A stretch of DNA of 64,000 nt from Zancudomyces culisetae HAW-14-8 (taxonomy: Eukaryota > Fungi > Kickxellomycota), in NCBI GenBank assembly GCA_052426225.1, contig JBNJNM010000012.1:62001-126000 (forward strand). The letters are read 5' to 3'. Under the pieces are notes generated by a model that saw only the letters and a list, made by a program, of their open reading frames with translations, made no database searches and was not told the origin of the DNA. The position numbers and the translations under genes were made by a program. Below are positions 48,432-59,786 of this stretch, in pieces; within the stretch, counting starts at the first letter, position 1, and each line of letters opens with the position of its first letter.

Positions 48432-49489
48432 TTTTATATTCTAGCTTTACTGATTTAGCGTTTTATAAATTGATGCAGGTTGTGGAAGCGGAAATTACAA
48501 ATATAATCCTCTTCCTACCTCATAGTGCTGAAGAAGAGTGGCGATATATATATTTTACTTTTTTTTTTTACAAACTGTATGGATATCACGAAATGTAATA
48601 ACTCAAAGTGATTATTATAAAATAGTACAGGAATGAAAAAAAGGCGCATGAGTTAAATACAGCAACATTGCACTCACAATTATATTTAAAACATGTTTAA
48701 TCCAAGTATCATAATTCCTCTAGAACCAGTGTCAAGTTAGATTTGGTCTTAATGGCTCTATGAATAAATTTTAATGTGTCAACATTATAGTTATTAAAAA
48801 GTTAACTAAATATAAGAATAGTTAGAAACTAGAACTTGTAGTCTAAAATATGATGTACAGATCCTTCTAAAACTCTTATTAATGAGAAATGATTAGTTTG
48901 TGACTATGTAATTATAAAGGATTTTTTAATGTTTCTCAAGGAACTACCTACCCTATATATAAACAGTAAAGTTTAACTATTATGATCAAACTGTAAATAA
49001 TAAATGCAAAACCAGAAACTTGAATTTATTTTTGATATACACCAATATTAAAATTAATAATTGTATAGGCATTTAAAATTTAGGATACCAAACTGTTAAA
49101 ATATTAATGACGAAAGCGAGTTGTTTTACCCAGATTAACCAAAAAACTCGATATTTTAAATCACACCCAGTTTAAAAGATATCCCATTAAATAACAACAA
49201 ATAAATAATTATGCTTCCATGTAGTTATAGCCTATTTTAGGTTAAACGGCCATTTAGTCTCGCCGTTTCTAAAATTTAGTCTAAAGTTCGTTGTCATCTA
49301 AGACAATCCTTGCAACCACTGCAGCGCAGTCTCTACACAGTGAATAGTGTGAAAATCGGACAAGACCAAATAGTATTTAAATAGTATTAGTTTACATTAA
49401 TATAATTTTATTGTGCTAAAGAAATAAAAGCAATAAAAAATGAATCGACAAGGTAATAAAATAAAGAATGGAAAAAAATAAATAGGTTA

Positions 49490-50623
49490 TTATTTTCTAT
49501 TTCTGTGGCGAATGACCAGCGGGTTGAGCTTGTATCTTGTTTTTCCGCCCTTGGCCAACTTGCCCCAAGGACTTGTGGGCTGTCTTCCACCTCTACTCTT
49601 ACCACGACCACCACCATTAGGATGATCATGCTTGTTCATAGCAGTACCTCTGACAGTAGGACGCCATCCACGACGCCTATTGGCACCAGCAGTACCTATT
49701 ACTTCGTATTTGTGGTTCGAATTGCTAACAGTTCCAATTGTGGCACAGCAGTCGACTGGGATACGTCGAACCTCACCACTGGATAGCTTGATTTGAGCTG
49801 TACCGTGTTGGGCAGTGTATAAAAGCTGAGCACTGGCACCTGCTGAGCGGCAAAGACGAGCACGATCACCGGGATGTAAACCTATGCTGTGTATGGTTGA
49901 GCCTGGGGGAATCAGTTTTAGGGGGAGGCAATTTCCAACCTCAACCTTGATAGATCTAGTAAGGTTGCTAAGTTCACGCATTCTTTCGACGCTATCATCT
50001 TGTAGCTCATTAGAATTCAGTGATGTATTTGGAATTGCCGAGTTTTGGTTGGAATCTGATTTTCTGGATACACTACGGTTTTTTTTGTTTTTGCCATTGC
50101 TGACAGAGTTGCTTAGATACATATATGATTGTACGGTCATACCAGGCTTGAGCCCCTCCGGTGCGAGTATATATGAAAACTTTTTGGTTTCCAAATGTTT
50201 GAGTAATGCGATGTGTGCTGTGCGTCCAGGATCATATTCCAATCGGACTACTTCCTGAATTCCTTGATCTTTTCGGAAAAAGTCTAAAAGTCTGATACGT
50301 CGCTTGGCACCTCCACCCCTATGCCTGACAGTGATTCTCCCAGTGTTGTTTCTACCACCAGTTCTTCGTTTGGCAACTGTAAGAGTACGAATTGGTTTTC
50401 CTTTCCAAAGATGAGCGCGAGATGCCATTTTTTTGTGGCGTACACCAGGGGTGACGGGTTTCCATGTTTTGAACTGACCATCGTCTTTTGTAACCGACAT
50501 GAATCGCTGTTGAAATTTAACATTTTTCGTGATTTCCGTGACCGAGATGCTGTTTTTGTAGACTAATGTATTCAAGTTAGCCAACCTTGTGGCTAATTTA
50601 TTGAATCTTTGAATACTCAGCAT
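49490..50623 (-). CDS. RML2: Mitochondrial ribosomal protein uL2m
   Basis: Presequence plus KPVTPGVRH, GGRNNTGRITVRHRGGG, EYDPGRTAHIAL, RPTVRGTAMNKHDHPNGGGRGKS, SPWG. Confidence 0.95.
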   Translation of the reverse strand: MLSIQRFNKLATRLANLNTLVYKNSISVTEITKNVKFQQRFMSVTKDDGQFKTWKPVTPGVRHKKMASRAHLWKGKPIRTLTVAKRRTGGRNNTGRITVRHRGGGAKRRIRLLDFFRKDQGIQEVVRLEYDPGRTAHIALLKHLETKKFSYILAPEGLKPGMTVQSYMYLSNSVSNGKNKKNRSVSRKSDSNQNSAIPNTSLNSNELQDDSVERMRELSNLTRSIKVEVGNCLPLKLIPPGSTIHSIGLHPGDRARLCRSAGASAQLLYTAQHGTAQIKLSSGEVRRIPVDCCATIGTVSNSNHKYEVIGTAGANRRRGWRPTVRGTAMNKHDHPNGGGRGKSRGGRQPTSPWGKLAKGGKTRYKLNPLVIRHRNRK

Positions 50624-50905
50624 TATTAGATATATATTACCAACAGATTATATCAAAGTCTGGTATTGATTCAAGTGTTTTGATATTTAATATTTATAAG
50701 TAATGTGTGGCTACAATGATAAAAAATTTTTAACTAAAGTTGTTGAAATTTATTATCAAAATAGATAAATCGAAAATGAAATCAGCAAATGAGAGTGAAA
50801 AATCAAAAGTGATAATAAAAATAGTTTACATGTCATGTGAATAGCGGACTAAAGAATAACTCGAAAACTAAACAAAAAAAATAGTAAAAAGCCATATTGG
50901 CGCAT

Positions 50906-53112
50906 TTAGACTTTACAGTAAACAACAACATCTCCTTTAATCCTTTGATCAGAATCCCAAATAGTGTTGAAAAAGCTTGCGCACTATTTAATGTCAAAAA
51001 TAAAAATCAGTTAAATAAACCATATAAAACGAAGGGGTGTTATATATAATTGCCATAAAAAAAGAAAAAGTTACCTTTTTGTAATCTCGTTTAATCAAAT
51101 AGCCGGATATTCTAGCTTCCATAGCACCAAACATCACAACATGGCTAGGCCAGTACTTGAAACTGCCATTTACAGAGGTGTGTGGAGGGGTATCGAATGG
51201 GGTTATGACAGGATAATGTAAAACATTTGAATAAGGGTCACGAACCATAGCCAGTTTTTCGAGTTCAGAAGGGGGAGGCTTTTCAAACATGTTTTTGTTC
51301 AGAAACATAATAGGGTCCGTTTCAAAGTCCTGAGCCTCCCAGTAATGAGATTCAAGCTCAGATTTTTTAAGAGGCGGGTCGCAGGTCAAAAACCACATGT
51401 AAACGGAAGTATGAATATGACTGTAGAAAGGAGTGTTGTGGCATGGCATTAGAAAGCCAATGTCTGAAACGTTTCCATTTTGAGCCTCACGCCTGAGAAA
51501 TTTCATCACGCTCACTGAGCCTGCTTTATGAAATAGATTGGAGTAAAGAGCTATTGGAATGTTGGTAATAACAAGAAAAGTCAGCAACAGTTTTTTGCTG
51601 GGAAAAGTCAATTGTGAAAGAAAGGCTAGAAGTTTGTTGTTGGATGAATATTTTTGATTTCTTGATCTGGGGTTCGGGTGGGAATCGTACTTTACGGATG
51701 ATAGCAGGCTATTATTCTTTAATTTGAAATCAGAATAATTGGATGATTCATCAATGTTCAAAAGACCAAGCAATTTGAAAAACCCAGAAGAGCCATAGAG
51801 AGTGTTTAGACCGATTCCTGAATACACAAAGCCTATGGGCAAAAGAGGAAATAGAAACCGAGGTTCTTTGTGTCCTGCAAATGAATATACGATTATTGTA
51901 CCCAATGCAACCAATGCAGGTTCAACCGCTGAGGCGATGGAGCATGCCCGTGATATCAAAGATGATCCAATTCTGTTAGATTTTTGAAGGCTGAACGAGG
52001 GAAGTAACTCGCAATATATTCCAAGGGCTATTAATGGTAATAGAGTGGTAAATAATACTGGAACACTGATAAAAATATGGAACAAGCCAGATGACTCTCC
52101 AAACCACACTGCCAAGTTTTCTTGCAAATTGAATTTGTAGAAGTTGTACACAGGAAAACACCACTCTCCATAACCAATCCTATCAACTACAAACATGACT
52201 GTGATTAATATCGTCCTAATGTTGAAAATTTAAAAGTGATTAATATAGTTTTGAATTATAGAAAATTGCAAAATATTAAGGAAAATATAAATAGAGTCTT
52301 ACCCAACTACACAAGCGCTTATAAGGGTGTGAAGTTTCAATCTGGTATTAATTCGAAGCAAAAGCCCAACTCCAGCTATAGCCCATATTACTCCATTAGT
52401 TGGCCTAAAAATACAACCAATTCCAGCAAAGATCAATGAGAGCTTCAGATTATGCGAAAATTCTCTCAAAGATAATTCATTAGAATTCTTCGCCCAAGGC
52501 CAATATGAATAAGCCAGAGCAGCGAACATCGTTTCTATAGAATTGCTAAGCGGTCGAGGAATTCCAGAAAAAGACATCCAAGATATAATCGAACATAACA
52601 ACTAATAGGTAATCATTCGTGAAATAATTAAAATAAATTATCCAGAGAAATAGATTATGACAAATTAAAAAGAAAGAAAGTGAAACTTACTGTCCATTCA
52701 CCAATACGTTTATCACCAAATTTTACAGCAAATTTAAATGTATAGTAGTCTATAGATGCTGAGATTAGGATAACAAGAATCCAGGGACCTAAAAACTAAA
52801 GACGATTAATTTAGTATTAATATCTAAATACAATTATAAAGACTAGAGATAAATATAGTTATTTACAAGTAGTTGGTTATCCAATCCAAAAAAAGCTGAA
52901 ATTCGGTAAAGTGAAGCAAAAAGTAGAGGATATGCCCAACCTCGGATTTTTTCTCTCCATTCCCAAGTTAGATAGCCATAACCATAAGCCAGCCTATGTC
53001 CAACTTCTAGGCTTTGCCAAGCTTCATCAGGATGGTGAATTGTTTTGATTAATGCTACATTTATCGACCTGAATATAATGAGATATATATATAATCGTAG
53101 ATTGGAGTTCAT
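50906..53112 (-). CDS. GPI10: GPI mannosyltransferase 3 (PIG-B); 5 exons
   Basis: HPDEAWQSLEVGHRLAYGYGYLTWEW, RPLSNSIET, FRPTN, HKEPRFLFPLLP, FLMPCHNTPFYSHIH, FLTCDPP; last exon FFNTIWDSDQRIKGDVVVY*. Confidence 0.95.
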
Positions 53113-54317
53113 ATTTTAATTTGTATAGCAGTATTGAATGAATCAAAAAAGAAATTGAAATATCCAATAGAAAGTAAATTTGTTATTTTAATAAAAAAAT
53201 TTTACTAAAAATTTAGAATTCAGATATAAATTCAAAAAAATTACAAAATCTCTTTTAACATTTTAACAATATAACTAAATCAAAAACTAAAAAAAAAAAT
53301 CTAACTATGAAGTTACAAAATACAACTATATAATCCAAGATTATTCGTTCCTACAGTAAATATTTAGCTTTTTTCAACAAAGTCTAGACAGTTTAAAATA
53401 TCAACCTCGATAATTAATATTATATGATGGACAATCAATTTATGATTATTCAGTAAATGATAATATATAGTCTATAAATCTATTATTAAGATATGATAAT
53501 TAATTTATAATTGATTACACAATTTACATCGAGAAACTTAACTAATACTATCGACTCTAATATATTGAATTGTATCCATCTATAATGACTTGTTTAGTTA
53601 ATTAATTTGAAATATATATGTTGTGAATAAAGTTTTGTAGATTAGTTAAATAGAATCAAAAACTCAAGAAAGTGAGTTGATGAAAATCAGTTATTTTTTT
53701 TAAATATAAATAAATACTGATACAATTTTTAAGAGAATGTATGTTATAATTAACAAGTATTATATCATCTATTTTACAATTATACCAATTAGTATAGCAG
53801 AATCTATATTAGCAGATACGTAACAAAAGTTCAGCTAAACTGAAATGATCTGTTATTTTTTCAAATGAATTTTTTTGAACAGTTGAAGACTTGTACAATT
53901 CTAAAATAAAAGTTTGAATGATATATATTATTGTTGAAATTTCATTATTATCTGACCAGTTAAATATAGAATTTACAAATTAAATACGCTTGAAACAATA
54001 AACTATTATAAATAAATTAACAAGGCTTAAACTTTGCTTGAATCTGAATAATTTATCTAATTAATGATACATCTGATCATTCAATTAAAATCTTTGTATT
54101 AATCATATGCATTCTATCAAGTTGGAAGTTTTGACAAACGAGTGGTCGAATATACCAAGTATAACTTTTCAGTGTTATCTTTAGTATTAATGTTTATCAA
54201 ATGGATTAAAATTATTCAATATTGATAAAATTATAAAATTTAATTTAACATTAAGTTGTGTCAACTAAATTTACAAATATAATATTACTAACTCAATTCC
54301 ATATTAATAATTGATAC

Positions 54318-54454
54318 TGAACAGCCAATAATATTACAACATATTACACATAATTATATTATATATTTTATCTTCTATATAATCAGTTGGTTTATGCTTT
54401 GTTGTAATTCCCTAAGAATTACAAACTGTTTATTCAATAAAACTCTTTGAGACA
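54318..54454 (+). mobile_element. Short solo LTR (~137 bp), copy 1
   Basis: TG...CA ends, internal TATATAA and AATAAA, flanked by a 5-bp direct repeat GATAC; similar to 55257-55389 and 59650-59786. Confidence 0.8.
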
Positions 54455-54872
54455 GATACATATACTTACAATTGTACATAGTGTCCATCGTAGCTTAGGT
54501 ACATAGTTGGAGCACCATCTGAAATTATAGCTTTAATTCTTTCTAAATCTTTAATTTTATAGTAGTTTAGATCCTCCATGAATTTGAATTTCCTTATTTA
54601 ATATGTGTAAAATGGAAATATATTCACGCTTTCTCAAATATATTAAGATTGTTAATATCCTTGTGATTAGCTATTAAAATATTTTAAAGTATAAATGCTT
54701 CCCCTAAATAACTAAAAGAAATTTCCAATCTGTAAATGTAATGATAATAATTTTAAAAATATATATATCTAAATTATATTTCCGTATTCAAATACAGTAT
54801 ATGCTTTTATAATTATTTCATTAATATAAAAACAAAAAATTAATTGTAAATCAATACATTTCCACCAAAATT

Positions 54873-57375
54873 ATGACCAAGGAAGCCGATACAATTACAG
54901 AGCTAGAAAACTCCAAACCCGGCTCATTAAGGTATTGGCTCAGACATATCGAGCGAAGGCATGAGATGGATGAAGATTCAGAATCCGAAACGAGTCGGGA
55001 AAAAAGTGGTCAAGTGGGGGTTCCAGCCCAGGACCACACTCATGGCGATTTTCAGGATGCACTGAATCATGTCGCTGAGTTCAGCGGCAATGAGGATTAA
55101 ATTAGGGAAGACTAATCACCAAATCTCGACTCAGCGGGGACCAAATGTACTAGAAATGACCACTTGGGGACCCCAAAATGCGTCACTAGAGTGCATATAT
55201 AACTTAAATACATATACAGGACAACCGGAAAAAATGGATAACAGGAGGCAAAAACTTGTCACAGTACGAGTTTTATTGTTAAACAAAATGTAATTTCTAA
55301 GAATTACATCAATGCTTAAAACAAATGATTATATAGAAGAAATGTAAAATATAATTATGGGTAGTAGATGTAACATTATGGCTGTTACAAAACTCCTGTT
55401 ATGGAACATTGATGAGCTCAATAAAACTGGCAATTAGGTATGAGGGGGGTAATATCCTGATACCTTAAGTAAAAAAAAATAAACAAACCAACAAGCGTTA
55501 AGATACGAGATAATCGAGAAAAAGGGTGCAAATCACGAGATCAGCGAAAAAAAAATTGTAAACTAATGAAAGCCCTCAGGGCTAATGGACGTATGGAAAG
55601 GCCGAAAAACAGGAGAGGCACCAGATACCAGCCCATACAGCATAAAATAAACAAAAATAATAGTATATATATATGGACATACAACATACGAGGTATTAAA
55701 GAATCTAAAGCGATACTAGAACACGTGATGGCTCAGGAAGAGCCAGATATCTTAGCTTTACAAGAAACTTTACTAAGTAAAAAAACTTATAGATGCAAAT
55801 TGGCAGGATATACGTCTATTGAGTCCAAATCTGAACTGGGAACAGAAGGAAATGGATTACTGATAGCCGTGAGAGATAAATCTGGTCTCAGAATAGAGGA
55901 ATATAAATCGACACCATTCTGGATGATAGGAAATTCATAGGCATATACGAAGATGGGTCTAAGATGGTGACTGTGGTCATTAACGTACACATTCCATCAG
56001 CAGGGCTGTGAAGAAAACAAGCAAAGGAAACACTCGTGGAACACCATAAAGCTAAAGAATAACAATAAAGAAATTAAAACGGTAGTTCTAGGGGACTTTA
56101 ATATGGATAAGAGAGGAGCTACTGCATTAATGACAAAGACTGGTATATCATTTAATCAGGCAATAATCACCAATGCGACAAGAACAAGGAGAGTAGGGAG
56201 ATAGAAGGGCCGGATGATCGATCACATCTTTTATTCAGGGTTACAAGTAAGACCAGAAAGCTGAAGATAGACAAGTCTCGACTTATCAGACCAATTGCCA
56301 GTACAGGCAAAGTGGTCAATGAAGCAGCTTAGGAAAAATAATATAAAAAACAAAATGAACTTGAAAAACATCAAGGAAAGCGCGGAGGAGTTTAAAAACA
56401 ATAACAGGTTTACAGCGCTGATGGAGTTGGAGGACACTGAGCAAATGGCGGAAGACTTGGAAAATGCAGTAAAGGAAACTGCCAAAGAATTCGAAGAGAG
56501 GAGTATAAAACCAAATATAACAAGCACTAAATTATCCAAATCCACTATAATTGTTATAAAGAAACGAAGATCACTGTATAAAAAACTTTTGAATATTGAT
56601 TCAGTAGAGAAAAAATTTATTAGTGTAAAAGAGAAAGCGAACAAGAAAGTAAAAAGATATATTCGGAAGTTTACATAACGGATATAGAATTGGCGAGTAT
56701 GTACCTAACCCAGAACAAACCGAAGCAACTATGGAGCTGGATAAAAGCGAGGACTGGAAGGGTATCAAACAGTATAGTAGCGGACCGATTCAAAATAAAC
56801 TAGGAGAGGTGGTCAGAGGAAGAAATCAAAAAAAGAATCTGAGCGGATCATTTCGGGGATCTTGCTTAAGACCTCACGGGCAATAGCAGAAACCCAAAAA
56901 ATGGGAGGAAATGGAATTAGAGCAACTACAGGATGTAGAAGGCTGTGCAGATGAAAAAAGGTGGGATGAAATTAGGGTAGTTCTAAAATTTACCCCAAAC
57001 AACAAAGCAGCAGGGATAGACGGGATCCCAAACAAAATATAAAAGCTGGTGCAAGGGGAAGAAGAGCCAACCTCGCCGCTAGCTGTCGCAATATTTAGAA
57101 TGGTAACAAGAATCTTTGAGACGGGAGAGATACCCAAGAGGTGGAGCACCAGTATTGTAGTACCGGTGCCCAAAAAGGGGGACCTCACAGACCCCAACAA
57201 CTATCGGGGCATTTCACTCATTCCAACCATGGTTAAACTTGTTGCAAAGATAGTTGCAACAAGACTCAACAAGGAGGATAACAGAGTGAAGTGTTAGCCA
57301 AAGAACAAGCAGGTTTTCGAAGTCGTGAAGAATGTGTAGCACAAGCAACAACTCTTTACGAAATTATAAGTAGAC
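54873..57375 (+). mobile_element. Decayed non-LTR retrotransposon (LINE): ORF1 remnant, APE endonuclease and N-terminal RT, truncated by an LTR insertion
   Basis: IWTYNIRG..PDILALQET, VLGDFN, IDHIF, SD.LPV (APE); KAAGIDGIP, IPKRW.TSIVVPVPKKGDLTDPNNYRGISLI, EQAGFR (RT); many stops and frameshifts. Confidence 0.9.
55257..55389 (-). mobile_element. Short solo LTR (133 bp), copy 2, inserted in LINE ORF1
   Basis: TGTAAC...GTGACA on the minus strand, with a 5-bp TSD AAACT (55252-56 and 55390-94). Confidence 0.8.
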
Positions 57376-57937
57376 TGTTAGGAATTGTTTCATAATAAAT
57401 TAAATAATATCATGCTTACATAATTCTCCATGACCAAATCAAGAAGGTTACAAAATAGAATTGTAACCATATAGAAATTACTATAATGTAACTAAGTACA
57501 AATTAATTAAATGTAACTAAGTACAAATATTTAATTAATCCAACCAAGTCTAGTAAAAATGAATTTCGCGATGAAATTCCGTTATAAAAATATTCACAGA
57601 CCATTTTAGGATAAAAGAGTTCTAGAAAAGAGTCCAAAACTAATAATTCAAAGAATCGTCAAAATAACATGAGTGACGCAATCATTGACACACTAAACTC
57701 GCGGTAGTTAATCACATCAGTTACTCATAAGTTTAATAGTCAAATTTATAGTTTGATAGCAACTTTACATAAGAAAATTTTATATGGAAAAATCTCTGGA
57801 GTAAAAGTATAAAAACCCTTTCGAAATCCATCGAAAGAGAACTTCAGAGAAAAATATCTTATTCACTATTGAATACCATATTTTTCTAAATTTTAATAGT
57901 AATAAATAATTTAATCTTAAATATTCAAGTCTTAACA
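57376..57937 (+). mobile_element. 5' LTR of a Ty3/gypsy (Tf1/sushi-like) element
   Basis: TGTTA...TAACA ends, TATAAAA at 57808, AATAAA at 57901; interrupts the LINE RT; followed by a putative self-priming PBS. Confidence 0.7.
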
Positions 57938-57999
57938 TAATATTTTTCTCTCTTGAATTGTTATAAACAATGAGCTGCTTATAACTTGGCGTAGAGATT

Positions 58000-58757
58000 T
58001 GTTATGCTTGATTAATATTTATTTAGGAAGAAGTAAGTATTTAGAAAAATATAATATTTGATGTGTTGATAAATATATATTTTTCTCTGATGTATCCCAA
58101 CGGAATTTCGAAGGGTTTATATAATTTTTCAATAGAGAATTTTACTGTGAAGAAAAACTTAAAGTCAATAAATCTTAGCTATAAAATTTGACTATGTAAA
58201 ATTGAACTAGTTTAAGGTATCTACTTATCGTGAAACTTGTAATTTTCATTTGTTGATTTTAACATAGATATGGTTTATCAATTTTATCATTGATTTAGTA
58301 TATCAATTTTAACAATATTTGTTTAATGATTTTATCATGGTTTTTGTTTATCGATTTTAACAATGATTTTGTTTATTGATTTTATCATGGTTTTTGTTTA
58401 TCGATTTTATCATGGTTTTTGTTTATCGATTTTATCATGGTTTTTGTTTATCGATTTTATCATTATTTTTATTTATCAATTTTAGCGCTGATTTTGTTTA
58501 TCGATTTTATCATGGATTTGATTTATCCAATTTTTTCAAGGATTTTTGTTAAATTTAATTATTGGAAAATTTCTTGATTTTGCTTAGTAAATTTTCCCAA
58601 TAATAATATCAGAAAATTCATGGTGAATTTTGCAAACATGATTCCAATGTCGGAATGGCATATTAGAAAACCGGAAATGAAATAATAAAATAGGTTTGAT
58701 TTTTAGTAGGCCAAAATGTAACTAAAAATTATGTTCCAGGAATTGGCCATTCTAACA
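58000..58757 (-). mobile_element. Antisense solo LTR related to 57376-57937
   Basis: TGTTA...TAACA ends. The reverse complement of ~58040-58200 aligns with ~57735-57890 (atagtcaaattt..aaaccctt.cgaaat..tcagagaaaaatat..tatttttctaaa). Flanks AGATT/TGAAT are only a partial TSD match. Confidence 0.7.
58249..58530. repeat. 25-bp minisatellite (TTTTATCATGGTTTTTGTTTATCGA), about 10-11 copies, inside the antisense LTR
   Basis: Direct observation; the central copies are near-identical. Confidence 0.9.
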
Positions 58758-58792
58758 TGAATCATGTCCGAAGAACCAATCTTAACCAATAG

Positions 58793-59608
58793 ATGGTTCA
58801 AACTCTCATGAACCAAATGGCCAGACTCACAGAAGAAGTAGACACGCTCCGCCAGTCCGCCAATGTCCAAAGAGGACTGATCCCAGAACCCAAGGTGCCA
58901 TCACCAGAGAAGTTTTCAGGGTCCAGAAAGGACAATGTAAAAAACTTCTTATCCACAGTTTCCACAGTCTTCAAGCTCCAGCCTAGCCGTTTCCCGACCG
59001 ATCACGTAAAAGTCCTGTTCATAGGCACGCTGTTGACCGAGGGGGCACAGACCTGGTTCCGAACCCTTCAAGAATCCCGTCATCCGATCCTGTTCCAGTA
59101 CGATAACTTTGTGGCACAGCTTGACCGCACCTTTGGGGAACCAAACGCGGTTTGGGTAGCCCAAAACAAGTTAAACAACCTCCGCCAGGGGAAATCACGG
59201 TGCCTAGCGTTCACGAACCAGTTCAAGTCCATTGCCCTAGAGACCGACTATAATGAGCCTGCACTGCTCAAGTCTTATTATGAGGGTCTCAACGACGAAA
59301 TCAAAGACGCCCTATCGACCCTAGAATCACACCCGCCAGGATTTGAAGATTTTGCCGCACTCTGTATCCGGATAGATAACCGCATCTATCAGCGCAAAGC
59401 CGAGAAAATCAAGATAAAACCATGGATTCCGCCCTCTCACTTCTCCAACCGAGAAATAACCCGTATGGACGTAGACTCAATGGGGATCAAAAGAGTTTCC
59501 GAGTCCGAAAGAGATAACAGAATGTATAACCGTCTCTGTTTCTACTGTGGTGGAGATAAACACACCGTCTCCACATTCCACGCAAATTCCGCAATCAACA
59601 AGCCATGA
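58793..59608 (+). mobile_element. Ty3/gypsy (sushi/PEG10-like) Gag remnant; pol absent
   Basis: PEPKVPSPEKFSG, F..QPSRFPTD..KV.F...L...A..W, LNNLRQG, YYEGLNDEIKD, MDVD; zinc knuckle CFYCGGDKHTVSTF with the last Cys replaced. Confidence 0.9.
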
Positions 59609-59649
59609 GTTCCAGAAGCAGTTCGCCCATCAGAAAGTTTAAGACCTCA

Positions 59650-59786
59650 TGTCACAGAACGTGTTTTATTGGTTAAACAGGATGTAATTCATATGGAATT
59701 ACAACAAAGCATAAAACAAATTATTATATAGAAGAAAAGTATAATATAATTATGGGTATTACGATGTAACATTATTGGCGGTTACA
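59650..59786 (-). mobile_element. Short LTR (137 bp), copy 3, with adjacent polypurine tract (probable 3' LTR)
   Basis: Aligns with copy 2; on the minus strand it is preceded by GGAGGAGGATAT (59787-59798); no TSD. Confidence 0.7.

Noticed and set aside
54467-54530. ATACTTAC (U1-like) and TAGCTTAG..GAGCACCATCTGAAA (tRNA-like) fragments
   Set aside because: No T-arm, acceptor stem or U1 stem-loops can be built.
58249-58530. Regular 25-bp repeats resembling a CRISPR array
   Set aside because: Head-to-tail units without unique spacers, in a eukaryotic LTR context with no cas genes.
58793-59608. Domesticated PEG10-like host gene
   Set aside because: It is embedded among LTRs in a TE field with a disrupted 5' end and mutated zinc knuckle; a decayed retrotransposon is the simpler explanation.
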